Shown here one piece after another: positions 17,291 to 27,341 of a stretch of 64,000 bases of DNA. The DNA lies in assembly GCA_016187485.1 (NCBI GenBank), contig JACPJO010000005.1, positions 155,519-219,518 of the forward strand, in the 5' to 3' direction. Position 1 is the first letter of the stretch; each line of letters begins with the position of its first letter. The notes beneath the pieces were generated by a model, which ran no database searches, was not told where the DNA came from, and worked only from the letters and a program-made list of their open reading frames with translations. Origin of the DNA: Candidatus Uhrbacteria bacterium. Its GTDB lineage: Bacteria; Patescibacteriota; Patescibacteriia; UBA9934; UBA10169. Position numbers and translations under genes: made by a program.

Positions 17291-19033
17291 TTACCCGTTC
17301 TTTTCAATAAACCCATGATAACAATTCATGCAGTATACTCTCCGCTCGGGAAACGTGAAATTTTTATACGTGGTCGTTTTGGCGCTGCAGGAGGCACAGA
17401 CAACTTCGATCGCAAAGGGGGAGTTCGCGTGGCGGAGCCAGTGTGTGAGGCGCGTAATAAAATGCCGCCGTGGGAATGGCCAGCGCTTTTCTTTGTAGAT
17501 CGCAAGCTCTTTTGGCACGATGCTGAAATCGCGATCGAGCTCCTCATCATGGATCGGCGTGTTCACATGCTCGGACGAGACCTCATCAATGCAATCCGGG
17601 ATATCCTCGATGCGAAGCCGTACCACATGCGCCTCCTCCCGTTTCGGCGCAAGCACCAATCCTTGCTTTGGATCCACACGAATCGCGCCGAACCTCTCGA
17701 GGTCTCGCTCGCGGTAATCAAAGTACACGGCACCCGTCGAGTGTTCAAAACCCGAGAGCGAAAACTTTCCGGGAAAAAACTCGCCATAACTTCCGTCATC
17801 GAGCATCGCGCACTTGAGCTCATCTACACGTCTCCAGTATTCCTCTTTTGGATACGGCTTGTTGAAGATGTGAAACTCCTTTTTGTGAAGTCCAGCACAC
17901 CCGAAGCAACGCTGGCAATCATCGCAGACGGCACAATACTCAAGTTCTACTCCATTGCTGCATCCCATCGTAAACTTGTTATCAGCGCCGTTCGTGTCCC
18001 CCGTGCTCATGTAGGTCCGTGTCGCCCAGCCAAATCCACTACAATACGCGCAATCGTTCGCCTCAATGCCGAATCGGCAGTGGTAACAGCCCGTGCACTT
18101 GTCGAGCCAATAACTATATCCATCGCAATTAACACAAAAGTTCAGGTGCTCACCGCGACTGTTTTCGTTTCGGATCCCGAAGGAGGCTGGCCAGATACTC
18201 TGTTCGTGCCAGAGTCTGTAGAACTTCTCGAGCCACGCATCTGCGGTCGATCGACAGCCGAGATCTACTTCCGCGCGCCGCTTTTTCCATTCTGATTCCG
18301 AGAGTTGTTCGTTGAACCACAGATATTTTTTCTGCCGTTTGTTCGTAGCCCCGAAGCACAGCTCGCAATCGCGGCAATCAAAAAGGAAGGAACTTTTGAG
18401 ACACCGATAACAGCTGAAGAGATATTCCGAATCGGCAATATTATGCGAATCGCTTATGGAAAACGAGCGGGCAATGTGTGTTCCATTGACCACGTCCACA
18501 CAGTCCTCCGCCTGAAATGCTGCGTAGGTGTAGAGAGAGCGAAGAGCCTGCGAGGCGCACGACATATAACTCTCCACGCTTTTCCACGAACCGACCGCGA
18601 CCGACGCAGCATCCACATCACGATTGCGTTTGGCACGCATGGGAACCATCGTCACGAGATCCCAGATTTGATCGAACACCGGACGGGAGGGATCAATGTC
18701 TTGATACGTGGAGGAAAAATCATGTTTGTACCAATCAATGTCCTCAACGACTTTGAACGGAAGATCGGGATGAATGGCAGAGACGATCGGCTTGCTCGAG
18801 AACACATCACGGTTCCAAAAAATGGCCAACCCGGTGTTGTAGCCATTCAGCATATTCATGCGCGTACCAGGTTTCACTTTCGACGGCGGGACACGAAACT
18901 TTTTACAGATAGCGATTTCGCTTTCATCCAACACCCACGTCTCGCCCGTCAATGCGCAAACCCGCTCCTCCCCTGCCTTCAAGCCGGCGAGGATTGCATC
19001 GAGCTTGGTGTCAAAGTTGGGTGTGTTGGACAT
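17291..19033 (-). CDS. cysteine-rich paralog family protein P5
   Basis: Start trimmed to MSNTPNFDTKLDAILAG by alignment to the paralogs. It abuts the P4 stop with a gap of about 1 bp. CDDCQRCFGCAGL motif. Confidence 0.65.
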   Translation of the reverse strand: MSNTPNFDTKLDAILAGLKAGEERVCALTGETWVLDESEIAICKKFRVPPSKVKPGTRMNMLNGYNTGLAIFWNRDVFSSKPIVSAIHPDLPFKVVEDIDWYKHDFSSTYQDIDPSRPVFDQIWDLVTMVPMRAKRNRDVDAASVAVGSWKSVESYMSCASQALRSLYTYAAFQAEDCVDVVNGTHIARSFSISDSHNIADSEYLFSCYRCLKSSFLFDCRDCELCFGATNKRQKKYLWFNEQLSESEWKKRRAEVDLGCRSTADAWLEKFYRLWHEQSIWPASFGIRNENSRGEHLNFCVNCDGYSYWLDKCTGCYHCRFGIEANDCAYCSGFGWATRTYMSTGDTNGADNKFTMGCSNGVELEYCAVCDDCQRCFGCAGLHKKEFHIFNKPYPKEEYWRRVDELKCAMLDDGSYGEFFPGKFSLSGFEHSTGAVYFDYRERDLERFGAIRVDPKQGLVLAPKREEAHVVRLRIEDIPDCIDEVSSEHVNTPIHDEELDRDFSIVPKELAIYKEKRWPFPRRHFITRLTHWLRHANSPFAIEVVCASCSAKTTTYKNFTFPERRVYCMNCYHGFIEKNG

Positions 19034-19034
19034 A

Positions 19035-20750
19035 TTATCCTCTCTCCCCAAGATACTCCCAATAGCACTTTTGACATAGAATGCGACGCATAGGAAATGT
19101 CGAGTTTCGGTACGTCGTAACTTCCGCGTGGCACTTCTCACACATCGCCTGCTCTTCACGCGGGCCGTTCGAGAACCGAAAACGGTTTTTCATGGAGAGG
19201 AATGGGTGCTCACTCGGCACGGCAACATTTTGCTTGCGGCAAAATGCCAGCTCGGCTTGTGTTACAACAAACGGACGGTGGAGAATGGGATCGAGAACAG
19301 ATTTGTTGATGAAGTTTTCCCATGCGGGATCATCGGCACGATCCGGAAGGTCGTCCGGTGAGAGAAGATCGGGCGTCGTCGATCCTATTGATGTTTCATA
19401 CATGGGGGCGCCGTGAGCACGAAGCTCGTCCGGTAAGTATTCCGCATACAAGTCACCCATCGAGAACTGGAAACCTGGCTCGGAAAATGCAGCAGGGAAA
19501 AATTCGCCGTACTCTCCACGATCAAGCATTGCACATTTCAGTTCATCGAGCTTCTGCCAATAATTCGCCTCGTCATATTGCTGATTCAGAATGCAAAACT
19601 TCTTGTGCCGTAAACCAACGCAGCCGAAACAATGCTCGCAATCATAACAGTTGAGAGAGTACTCCATGCCGATCGAACGCCACGTGCGGAAACAGAAACG
19701 GTTTTGGCTTCCCGAGAGCATGTCGCAACACTCATACATCTGTCCGCCCTTGCCACCCCAACCGGTAAACGCCGACTCTTGAAGTTCGAGCGTCGCATAG
19801 CAACGAAAGCAATCCGTTGAGTCGTAGTTGCGATAAGCAAACTTACAACGTGTTGAGTCGGAAATATGCTCCCCCGTGCACCCCTCCGAGCCAACATGGA
19901 CATACGCCGGCCAGACCGACTGACGGATCATCTCGAGAAACTGTTCATGCTGTTTTTGATACACGGCGCGCGATGAGAGATCAACTTCTTGTCGCCGCTT
20001 TTCCCATTCCTCTTTGGAAAGTTGCTCGTTCCACCACAAATACTTTTTATGCAACTGATTGCTCGCACCAAAACAGAATTCGCAATCAACGCAATCATAG
20101 AGGAATGCACTTGATGAACAGCCGTTGCAAGAAAAACAATCAACACAGCTAAAGCACTTGCTCGAATAGCTCGTCTGAAAACAAAATCGGCATCGACTGT
20201 TGTCGATCACGTCCATGCAATCTTCGTTCTCAAGACCGAGGAACGCATGAAGCACACGCCGGTTATACATAAGCGCGAAGGCCAAGTAGGCATCCTCACA
20301 CTTGATAAGGTCGACGCCGGTACAGCGAAGGTTCGAACCATCATCGCGGAGCGCCCCGACAGGAATACGGTGAGCCAGAGGAAGAAGCTGGTCGAAAAAT
20401 GATCGTTGAGAATCAAGTAACTGCCCCGGTTCTAGAAACTCTTTCGAGAACCATTCTTTATCGTGAATGATGTTAAACGGCGAGTCAGGGTGCACAAAAC
20501 TCCAGATTGACTCTCCCGTCTCGGCATGTGGTTTTTTCCAAAGCGCTAATCCCGACACAAACCCCATTAAGTGCCGCATTCTCGTATACGGCGCCCGCTT
20601 ACTCGGCGGGACGTTGAATTTTCTGTACCAGCCAATCTCTTCATCCGTCATGTTCCACTTTTCTCCCGTCAACGCACAAACTCTCTCGCCCGGCTGCGTG
20701 ACGTCGAGAATGGATTTTACTCTCAGGTCAAAATATTGAGTCTTGGACAT
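19035..20750 (-). CDS. cysteine-rich paralog family protein P4
   Basis: MSKTQYFDLRVKSILDVTQPGERVCALTGEKWNMTDEEIGWYRKFNVPPS, CEHCFGCVGLRHKKFCILNQQY. Confidence 0.7.
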   Translation of the reverse strand: MSKTQYFDLRVKSILDVTQPGERVCALTGEKWNMTDEEIGWYRKFNVPPSKRAPYTRMRHLMGFVSGLALWKKPHAETGESIWSFVHPDSPFNIIHDKEWFSKEFLEPGQLLDSQRSFFDQLLPLAHRIPVGALRDDGSNLRCTGVDLIKCEDAYLAFALMYNRRVLHAFLGLENEDCMDVIDNSRCRFCFQTSYSSKCFSCVDCFSCNGCSSSAFLYDCVDCEFCFGASNQLHKKYLWWNEQLSKEEWEKRRQEVDLSSRAVYQKQHEQFLEMIRQSVWPAYVHVGSEGCTGEHISDSTRCKFAYRNYDSTDCFRCYATLELQESAFTGWGGKGGQMYECCDMLSGSQNRFCFRTWRSIGMEYSLNCYDCEHCFGCVGLRHKKFCILNQQYDEANYWQKLDELKCAMLDRGEYGEFFPAAFSEPGFQFSMGDLYAEYLPDELRAHGAPMYETSIGSTTPDLLSPDDLPDRADDPAWENFINKSVLDPILHRPFVVTQAELAFCRKQNVAVPSEHPFLSMKNRFRFSNGPREEQAMCEKCHAEVTTYRNSTFPMRRILCQKCYWEYLGERG

Positions 20751-20761
20751 ACTATTCGCTT

Positions 20762-20773
20762 ATTCGCGCGAAT
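20762..20773. promoter_or_regulatory. ATTCGCGCGAAT perfect 12-bp palindrome, 11 bp upstream of the P4 start
   Basis: Read directly. Confidence 0.5.
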
Positions 20774-20785
20774 TAGAGATCATTG

Positions 20786-22516
20786 CTAGCCACGTTCTTC
20801 CATGTACCGAAGATAGCATGGTCTGCATAACACGCGCCGACGGCTGGAAAAAAGTGCGTTTCGGCTTGTCGTAACTGAGGTGCAGCAGATAGCGCATGTC
20901 GTTTCTTCAGGGATAGGCACATTCGAGTGGCGTACAAGGTGGAGAAGGCGAGTGAGAAAGTGCTTGTCGGGAATTGGTAATCGGTGTTTTTGATAAAAGG
21001 CAAGTTCCGCTGGTGTGATCGTGTATAAACGATTAAGTGACTCATCCAGAATTGGTTTCCCAACATGTTGGGAAACATCAATATCCAGAAGTCGGTCAGG
21101 TAGTTCAGATGCTTTGAGCAGCCCTTCGGACTCATTGATATTCCCTTTCGTAGGATCGAACGTCGGCGCGCCGAATTTCTTGAGTTCATCGTCACTATAC
21201 CCAAAGTAAAACTCCCCCATCGAAAACTGAAATCCTGTCTGCGAAAGACTCGCAGGAAAAAACATGCCGTACTCGCCACGGTCGAGCATCGCACACTTGA
21301 TCTCGTCCACCCGCTGCCAATATTCCTCTTCGCCGTACGGCTTGTTGAAAATGTGAAACTTCTTTTTTTTGAGACCGACGCAGCCAAAACAGTGCTCGCA
21401 GTCGTAGCAGTCCATGCAATATTCTAAGTCTTGGCACCGCCATGAGCGTGAGCAGAATTTGAGGTTGTGATAATACGCGATATCCGCCGAGCAGTACGCC
21501 GCGTCTCCCCACCCCAACCACACGACACTCATGCTGTCACGATCATCCAGACTCATCCAGCATTGAAAGAGGTCCGTGCTCCCTTCGACCCAGTAACTCT
21601 CGCGACATCTTGTGGCGCGCACCAAATACTCTCCCGTGCTCTCCACGTCTGTCGCAAAGTTGAAATGGTCGCGGAAATACCCTTCCCCACGAATCATCTC
21701 AAGGTATCTTTCCGAGCACTCGTTCCATGTACGCCGTGATCGGAGGTCGACCATCTCAAGACGTTTACGATACTCTCCCTCCGACAGCTGTTCGTTCCAG
21801 AATATAAATTGTTTATCCTTCTTATTCGTTGCACCGAAGCAGTCTTGGCAGCGGCTACAATCAAAGAGAAACGCGCTGTTGATACAATCACCGCATTGGA
21901 AACAATAGGTACAGTGATGCATGTTCTCGGCCGCGTTGATGTGATAGCTCTCATTTACCCGAAGGGTGTTCGTGATACAGGCCGAATCACTTCCATGAAA
22001 ACTCACCGACGCATACAAAACACGTTGTAAATCCGCTCCGCCAAACAAAAGATAGGTGTCTTGGCATTTGATCATGTCCACGCCAACGCTGTTGGTACTT
22101 GACCCCTCATCGCGCAGAGCACCCACAGGAATCGAATATGCAAGTTGTTGAAACTGAGCAAAGAATGGTTCTCCAGGATCGAGCTCTCTTGTTGTTTGTG
22201 CGAATTCACGGTTATGCCAGTCGCGGTCGGGAATCACTTGATATGGACTGTCTGGGTGCACAAACGTAAGAAGCGGCTCCTTAGTCTCCGCATGCGGCTT
22301 TTTCCAAATGGCTATCCCAACAGGAAAGCCCAGGAGCTGTTTCAATCGCGGAATCGGCGCGCAGGAATGCGGCGGCACGTTGAACTTTTTGTACCATCCA
22401 ATCTCCTCCTCGGTCATGTTCCACTTCTCCCCCGTCAACGCACAAACCCTCTCGCCAGGTTTTATCGCGTCGAGGATGGATTTTACTTTGGCATCGTAGT
22501 TAGGTGTCCGATTCAT
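20786..22516 (-). CDS. cysteine-rich paralog family protein P3
   Basis: MNRTPNYDAKVKSILDAIKPGERVCALTGEKWNMTEEEIGWYKKFNVPP, CEHCFGCVGLKKKKFHIFNKPY. Confidence 0.7.
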   Translation of the reverse strand: MNRTPNYDAKVKSILDAIKPGERVCALTGEKWNMTEEEIGWYKKFNVPPHSCAPIPRLKQLLGFPVGIAIWKKPHAETKEPLLTFVHPDSPYQVIPDRDWHNREFAQTTRELDPGEPFFAQFQQLAYSIPVGALRDEGSSTNSVGVDMIKCQDTYLLFGGADLQRVLYASVSFHGSDSACITNTLRVNESYHINAAENMHHCTYCFQCGDCINSAFLFDCSRCQDCFGATNKKDKQFIFWNEQLSEGEYRKRLEMVDLRSRRTWNECSERYLEMIRGEGYFRDHFNFATDVESTGEYLVRATRCRESYWVEGSTDLFQCWMSLDDRDSMSVVWLGWGDAAYCSADIAYYHNLKFCSRSWRCQDLEYCMDCYDCEHCFGCVGLKKKKFHIFNKPYGEEEYWQRVDEIKCAMLDRGEYGMFFPASLSQTGFQFSMGEFYFGYSDDELKKFGAPTFDPTKGNINESEGLLKASELPDRLLDIDVSQHVGKPILDESLNRLYTITPAELAFYQKHRLPIPDKHFLTRLLHLVRHSNVPIPEETTCAICCTSVTTSRNALFSSRRRVLCRPCYLRYMEERG

Positions 22517-22524
22517 ATTCGCCT

Positions 22525-22536
22525 ATTCGCGCGAAT
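22525..22536. promoter_or_regulatory. ATTCGCGCGAAT palindrome, 8 bp upstream of the P3 start
   Basis: Read directly. Confidence 0.5.
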
Positions 22537-22796
22537 TAGAGAAGAGAAATAATCTGCTTTGCGCCGGACGGCTGGTCTTTGGAAAGACGATAGAACATCT
22601 CCAGGCTCCGCTGATCACGATCAACGATATCAGCTGCAAAAAGAATCCCCAAATGCTTCGAGGTTGCTTTAAGTGATAGCTTGATCTTATTGGCAATCTC
22701 CCACACCGGTGCTTCCTCTTTTTCTCTTAGGAACTCAACGATCGCAAGCCGCCTGCGGTTCGCCAACGCCTTCAATGTACGCTCTAATTGCCTCAT
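22536..22796 (-). CDS. small ArsR/SmtB-type winged-helix transcriptional regulator (second regulator of the array)
   Basis: 86 aa. NRRRLAIVEFLRE...VWEIANKIKLSLKATSKHLGILFAADIV has the HTH_20-like layout. Preceded by an extended palindrome centred on ATTCGCGCGAAT. Confidence 0.55.
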   Translation of the reverse strand: MRQLERTLKALANRRRLAIVEFLREKEEAPVWEIANKIKLSLKATSKHLGILFAADIVDRDQRSLEMFYRLSKDQPSGAKQIISLL

Positions 22797-22802
22797 ACAA
22801 AA

Positions 22803-22834
22803 CTATTCTATCATTCGCGCGAATTAGAGAATAG
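22803..22834. promoter_or_regulatory. extended palindrome CTATTCTATCATTCGCGCGAATTAGAGAATAG upstream of the small ArsR-like gene
   Basis: Core ATTCGCGCGAAT at 22813-22824 with imperfect outer arms. Confidence 0.5.
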
Positions 22835-22849
22835 ATTTATCCACTATGT

Positions 22850-23485
22850 TTAAGTCGATAGACGTAGGAATGAATTATGTGTCTTTATGACTTCCACGTG
22901 TCCGTCTTGCACAAGAACCGCCTCATCATCCGTTAAGCGGGTGCTCATGACTCCATGCTGTCGCTCATATTCAGCGATCTGTTCTTCTTCAGCCGGTTCA
23001 TAGTGCGGAGTAATGGTGAGATCGACAAGCCCCATACCGCGCATATCCTTGAGATCAACAATGTTTTTATCTCCCCCGACACCAAGTCCTGAATGTCCAA
23101 TATCCTTCCCCGCCACTATCGAGCCGGCGCTTACTCCGATGTAGATCCCCCCTTTTTCTAAAAATGACTTTACTGCTACATCGAAGCCGCTCTCGCGAAT
23201 ATATTTCATGAGGTAATAGGTGTTGCCGCCTTGGACATAGATAATGCGACTGCGCTCAAGTGCTCTTACGGTTTCATCCTGCGTCTTACCAGCCAGATCA
23301 TACTCCTCAACAATCCAACCCATCTGCTCCATTACGACACGGTCTCCGTCCACATAGTGCCAATCCGATTCCGGAACGGACGCCGTGATGATATGCAACA
23401 CATGGGGCGCTCCCTCAAGAGGAGCGACAAACGATTCGATCTCGTGTTTCATTCTCATCCCCGCTGATGTAAGAAAAAGTTTCAT
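22850..23485 (-). CDS. S51-family peptidase (peptidase E / alpha-aspartyl dipeptidase-like)
   Basis: MKLFLTSAG N-terminus, YVQGGNTYYL and YIGVSAGSIVAG (Ser nucleophile in GxSAG) as in PepE/cyanophycinase. Confidence 0.7.
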   Translation of the reverse strand: MKLFLTSAGMRMKHEIESFVAPLEGAPHVLHIITASVPESDWHYVDGDRVVMEQMGWIVEEYDLAGKTQDETVRALERSRIIYVQGGNTYYLMKYIRESGFDVAVKSFLEKGGIYIGVSAGSIVAGKDIGHSGLGVGGDKNIVDLKDMRGMGLVDLTITPHYEPAEEEQIAEYERQHGVMSTRLTDDEAVLVQDGHVEVIKTHNSFLRLST

Positions 23486-23493
23486 GTTCGCCT

Positions 23494-23505
23494 ATTCGCG
23501 CGAAT
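23494..23505. promoter_or_regulatory. ATTCGCGCGAAT palindrome, 8 bp upstream of the S51 peptidase start
   Basis: Read directly. Confidence 0.5.
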
Positions 23506-23517
23506 TAGAGATTGCCC

Positions 23518-25251
23518 CTAGCCGTTCTTCTCGAGATACTCCAAATAACACTTCTTGCAATACACCTTCCGATCTGGATACTTTGCATTGAATGAGATCG
23601 TAACCTCGGCGGAACATGCCACGCAAACGCGCTTCTCGAACCCGCATCCTTGCATCGTACGGAAAAGCTCGATCACGCGCGAGATGAAGTGCTCCTTCGG
23701 TGGAGCAAGACGGAGTTTTCGATAGAGTTCAAGTTCGGCGGGAAGAAAAGCAAACTTTCTGTTTGCCTTCGTATCGAAAATAGGGGTTCTTGTCCATTCG
23801 TCCGTTACCTCGTCGAGTTTGTCGGGGATCTCATCCGGAGATTTCATCGCCGCCCCGGCAGTCTCCACGCCGCACGCACCGTCACTGCATTGTTCGAGCA
23901 TGTTGGCTCCAAGTTTTTTCATCTCCTCAAGACTTGCACCGCAATACAGCATCGAGCCCCCATGCGGCGCGTACGTCGTTGCCATCGACAAGAGGAAGAA
24001 CCTCCCATACTCACCGCGCTCGAGCATCGCACACTTGAGCTCGTCCACACGTCTCCAATACTCCCCAGGAGAGTACGGCTTGTTGAAGATGTGAAACTCT
24101 TTGTGCTGAAGCCCCACGCACCCGAAACAGTTTTTGCAGTTGTAACAGGTGATGCAGTACTCGCAAGTATCCGACCCGATCGTGCGCCAGCACCCGACAA
24201 GCCGCGTGGAATTCGCCGCCGTCATGGACATATAACACTCGGTTGCATTGAATGGACCAAAGCAATCGAAGCACCCATGCGTGTTATGCCCGTATGCGCA
24301 ACGATAATTGTCCGTCGAGTGTTCCGTGAGCGTAAAGCACTCTCGGCAGTTCGTGCAGTCGGTGAGATACTCTCCTGTTGAATCGATCGCTTTCTCATTG
24401 AAGTTCTCCGGCCAGATGGTTTCCGTCTGAAGAAGGTTCTCGAACTTCGCAAATTGCTCCTCCAGGACTCGGCGCGAAGAGAGATCCACGGAGACCCGAC
24501 GTTTCTCCCACTCTTCTTTCGAGAGTTGCTCGTTCCACCAGAGATACTTTCGCCGACGCTTGTTCGTAGCGCCAAAACAATATTCACAATCGCGGCAGTC
24601 AAAGAGAAACGCAGAGTCCACGCAATCGAATGACTCACGCGCCACAAGGCAACGGTACATTCGATCGCAATGAAGCATGTTCCAGCACTGATTGGACTTG
24701 TTCACGGTGATCATGTCGGCACATTCTTCCCCATCAATTAGAAGCACGCTGTAGTAGGCATTCTTTGCTTTGCAGGCCAGCGTGAAATAACAATTCTGGT
24801 CGCCCATGGAGACGAGCGAGATGGAGTTCACCGCCGGAACAATCGTCGAGGTCGCGATCATGGGAATCTTTTTCTGAAGCTCCCGCAGTTGCGGGAAGAG
24901 AGACTGCGCAGGATCGACCTCCAAAGAAATATCCGAGAAGTCCTTGTTGAACCACTCCGCATCTGGCAACACACGAACGCCGGAGGTGGGATGATGAAAC
25001 GACAACACAGGCACACCCGTCTCAAAATGTTTGTTCCACCAAAATTGGTACCCCGTCGTGTAATGCGCCATCAAAACCCATCGCGTGCGTTGTGAATAAC
25101 TCGACGGGGGTACATTCAAACGTCGGCACCAATCGATCTCCTCTTGCGTAAGCACCCACTTGTCGCCGAGCAACGAACAAACCCTCTCGCCGGGTTGGGT
25201 AGCATCAAGGATGACTTTGATTTTCGCGTCGTAACTTGGAGTCCGGGACAT
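23518..25251 (-). CDS. cysteine-rich paralog family protein P2
   Basis: MSRTPSYDAKIKVILDATQPGERVCSLLGDKW, FLFDCRDCEYCFGATNKR, CKNCFGCVGLQHKEFHIFNKPY. Confidence 0.7.
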   Translation of the reverse strand: MSRTPSYDAKIKVILDATQPGERVCSLLGDKWVLTQEEIDWCRRLNVPPSSYSQRTRWVLMAHYTTGYQFWWNKHFETGVPVLSFHHPTSGVRVLPDAEWFNKDFSDISLEVDPAQSLFPQLRELQKKIPMIATSTIVPAVNSISLVSMGDQNCYFTLACKAKNAYYSVLLIDGEECADMITVNKSNQCWNMLHCDRMYRCLVARESFDCVDSAFLFDCRDCEYCFGATNKRRRKYLWWNEQLSKEEWEKRRVSVDLSSRRVLEEQFAKFENLLQTETIWPENFNEKAIDSTGEYLTDCTNCRECFTLTEHSTDNYRCAYGHNTHGCFDCFGPFNATECYMSMTAANSTRLVGCWRTIGSDTCEYCITCYNCKNCFGCVGLQHKEFHIFNKPYSPGEYWRRVDELKCAMLERGEYGRFFLLSMATTYAPHGGSMLYCGASLEEMKKLGANMLEQCSDGACGVETAGAAMKSPDEIPDKLDEVTDEWTRTPIFDTKANRKFAFLPAELELYRKLRLAPPKEHFISRVIELFRTMQGCGFEKRVCVACSAEVTISFNAKYPDRKVYCKKCYLEYLEKNG

Positions 25252-25263
25252 AAACTATTCTCT

Positions 25264-25277
25264 AATTCGTACGAATT
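25264..25277. promoter_or_regulatory. AATTCGTACGAATT perfect 14-bp palindrome (variant of the motif), 12 bp upstream of the P2 start
   Basis: Read directly; overlaps the P1 stop codon. Confidence 0.45.
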
Positions 25278-27018
25278 AGCCGACCTGTTCGAGATACGCA
25301 AGGTAGCACGCCGTGCAGTAAATCTTCCGTTTTGGAAACGCGATGTTTTTGTGTATCACCACTTCCTTTGAGCACTTTTGACATAGGCCCTGCTCGGCCA
25401 TAAAAGTATTCCCTAGTCGAGCGAGCGCACGGATGCGTGTCATGAAATGTCGCCGAGGAAATGGAAGTCTCATGTGCGTATAAAACGCCACATCTTCTTT
25501 TCGTACGGTAAAGGGACGTTCAAGCTCTGGATCCATAATAGGCCTTCCAGCAAACAACGCGCAGGCCTCCAGTCCATCCGGCAACAACTCCGGATCCATA
25601 GACTCACCATACACGGCCGATTGCGAGAGAGAGATGACCGCCCCGCGCTTCGCATCAAAAACAATTCCACCGAGACGAACAACCTCCTCGTCGGTAAGCG
25701 GTGCATGAAGCTCCCCACCCCACTGGATGCCCGACGGAGAAAAGTCTCCAGGGAAAAAGTTCCCGTACTCGTCCCGATCAAGCATCGCGCATTTCAATTC
25801 GTCGAGCTTGTTCCAATATTCTTCCTCAGCATAGGCCTTGTTGAGAATATGAAACTTCTTGTTCTTGAGTCCAACACATCCGAAGCAGTTTTCACAATCG
25901 GAACAATTGAGACAGTACTCGATGTTTTGACAGCGCATGCACGCCGTCGAGAACAAGACGCGACTCCCGTTGATAACACCAACCGCCATGTAGCTGTCCG
26001 ATGTCCCGTCAATTCCGCTCGTGTACGCATTCCCCTGGACGACGGAATGACAAAGCTGGCAGGCGTACATATCCGTCGCAAACGAAAGTCCGAAACCGTC
26101 GGTGCAACGCACGCACTTCATGAGATACTCTCCACTCGACGCCTCACAGCCGACATTGAAGTTTTCTGGCCATACCGCTTCCGTTCGCAACATCTCGAGA
26201 TAGCGTTGCATCCATGACTGAAAAACTTTCCAGGACGTGAGATCCACTTCTTTCATTTTTTGCTCATACGTCTCTTTCGAAAGTTGTTCATTTGCGAAGA
26301 CGTACTTCCGATTGCGCAAATTGCTCCCGAGAAAGCAGGACTCGCAATTGCGGGAATCAAAGAGGAAATCGCAAGACACGCATTCCTGACATTGCATCGC
26401 CACCCGACAGCGATACATTTTTGTAGAGCGGTTGAGCGAAAAGCTTTCTTGTGACGATGTCCCGATAAAGGTGTCCTCGCAATCTTCCAGCTCTTTGCAC
26501 ATGAACCCGTACGCGGAACGTCTGGTGTTTTTCACGCCGCCAAAAACCATAAACGAATCTTCAGCAGAAATAATCCCGACACCCATACTGTTCACAGGGG
26601 TACCAAAGGTGCGTGTCGCTTGAAATGGCACGGCGTGTAATACCTGGCGAAGTTGTGGAAAAAATGGTTGCGCGATATCAAGACCCCTCGCTCCGCGATC
26701 GCTCCAATCCTGTGCGTGCCACAGAGAGTCCTCAACGACCGGAATGGGATTGTCCGGATGGATATAGGAGACGATGAGTTTCTTGGTCACGGCATCGGTA
26801 TTCCACCAGATGGTAACACCGGAGTTGAAACCGAACAGGAGTTTCCGCCGAATCGTCGGCGAAATATCAGAAGGTGGGACCTGGAACTTACGCATCCAGA
26901 TAAGCTCTTCTTCCGTCATCATCCATCTCTCACCTGAAACCGGGCACACTCGCTCGCCGGGTTGTGCGGCGTCAAGGATCGCTTTGATCTGTACATCGTA
27001 GTTGGGGGTATGAGACAT
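25276..27018 (-). CDS. cysteine-rich paralog family protein P1
   Basis: Start trimmed to MSHTPNYDVQIKAILDAAQPGERVCP. CENCFGCVGLKNKKFHILNKAY. C-terminal CQKCSKEV...YCTACY. Confidence 0.7.
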   Translation of the reverse strand: MSHTPNYDVQIKAILDAAQPGERVCPVSGERWMMTEEELIWMRKFQVPPSDISPTIRRKLLFGFNSGVTIWWNTDAVTKKLIVSYIHPDNPIPVVEDSLWHAQDWSDRGARGLDIAQPFFPQLRQVLHAVPFQATRTFGTPVNSMGVGIISAEDSFMVFGGVKNTRRSAYGFMCKELEDCEDTFIGTSSQESFSLNRSTKMYRCRVAMQCQECVSCDFLFDSRNCESCFLGSNLRNRKYVFANEQLSKETYEQKMKEVDLTSWKVFQSWMQRYLEMLRTEAVWPENFNVGCEASSGEYLMKCVRCTDGFGLSFATDMYACQLCHSVVQGNAYTSGIDGTSDSYMAVGVINGSRVLFSTACMRCQNIEYCLNCSDCENCFGCVGLKNKKFHILNKAYAEEEYWNKLDELKCAMLDRDEYGNFFPGDFSPSGIQWGGELHAPLTDEEVVRLGGIVFDAKRGAVISLSQSAVYGESMDPELLPDGLEACALFAGRPIMDPELERPFTVRKEDVAFYTHMRLPFPRRHFMTRIRALARLGNTFMAEQGLCQKCSKEVVIHKNIAFPKRKIYCTACYLAYLEQVG

Positions 27019-27079
27019 AACGCCCACAGTCTATCTCATTTCCCCCAAAAACTAAAAACCCTGCGCCCCGCCGATCTCC

Positions 27080-27101
27080 CAACCTTTCAATTGAAGGGTT
27101 G
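27080..27101. promoter_or_regulatory. operator-like 22-bp inverted repeat CAACCTTTCAATTGAAGGGTTG (one mismatch), about 60 bp upstream of P1
   Basis: Read directly; near-identical to 27342-27363. Overlaps the 3' end of the ArsR-like gene. Confidence 0.55.
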
Positions 27102-27332
27102 TTTGATAAACCGACGCGCTGGCGAGGAGAGAACCACTTCACCAGCTCGGTTTTGTTCAATCAGGCCCACCCGAGCCAGTCGTTTCAAGTGCGAAGATGT
27201 TGCTTGCTCTGAAATGTCGAGTTCGTGGGCAAGATCACAAACAGCAGCCTTGCCGTGTTCGTGAAGGTACATGAAGACAGTGAGACGTCGTTCATTGCCC
27301 AAAGCTCGGAAAAAATCTGCCAGAATTTTCAT
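27087..27332 (-). CDS. ArsR/SmtB-family transcriptional repressor
   Basis: Trimmed to MKILADFFRALGNERRLTVFMYLHEHGKAAVCDLAHELDISEQATSSHLKRLARVGLI, the canonical ArsR HTH with a VCDL motif. Confidence 0.7.
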   Translation of the reverse strand: MKILADFFRALGNERRLTVFMYLHEHGKAAVCDLAHELDISEQATSSHLKRLARVGLIEQNRAGEVVLSSPARRFIKQPFN

Positions 27333-27341
27333 AGATGCCCC

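Noticed and set aside
17270-25277. Repeated ATTCGCGCGAAT-containing 24-bp blocks considered as a possible CRISPR array
   Set aside because: The copies are separated by whole 1.7-kb genes, not by 25-40-bp spacers. They sit at fixed distances from start codons. No cas genes are present.
15515-27018. Cys-rich paralogs as radical-SAM or ferredoxin-like Fe-S enzymes
   Set aside because: No CxxxCxxC radical-SAM motif and no CxxCxxCxxxCP ferredoxin spacing is present. The spacing is dominated by CxxCxxC(F/A)G and CFGC(V/I/A)GL.
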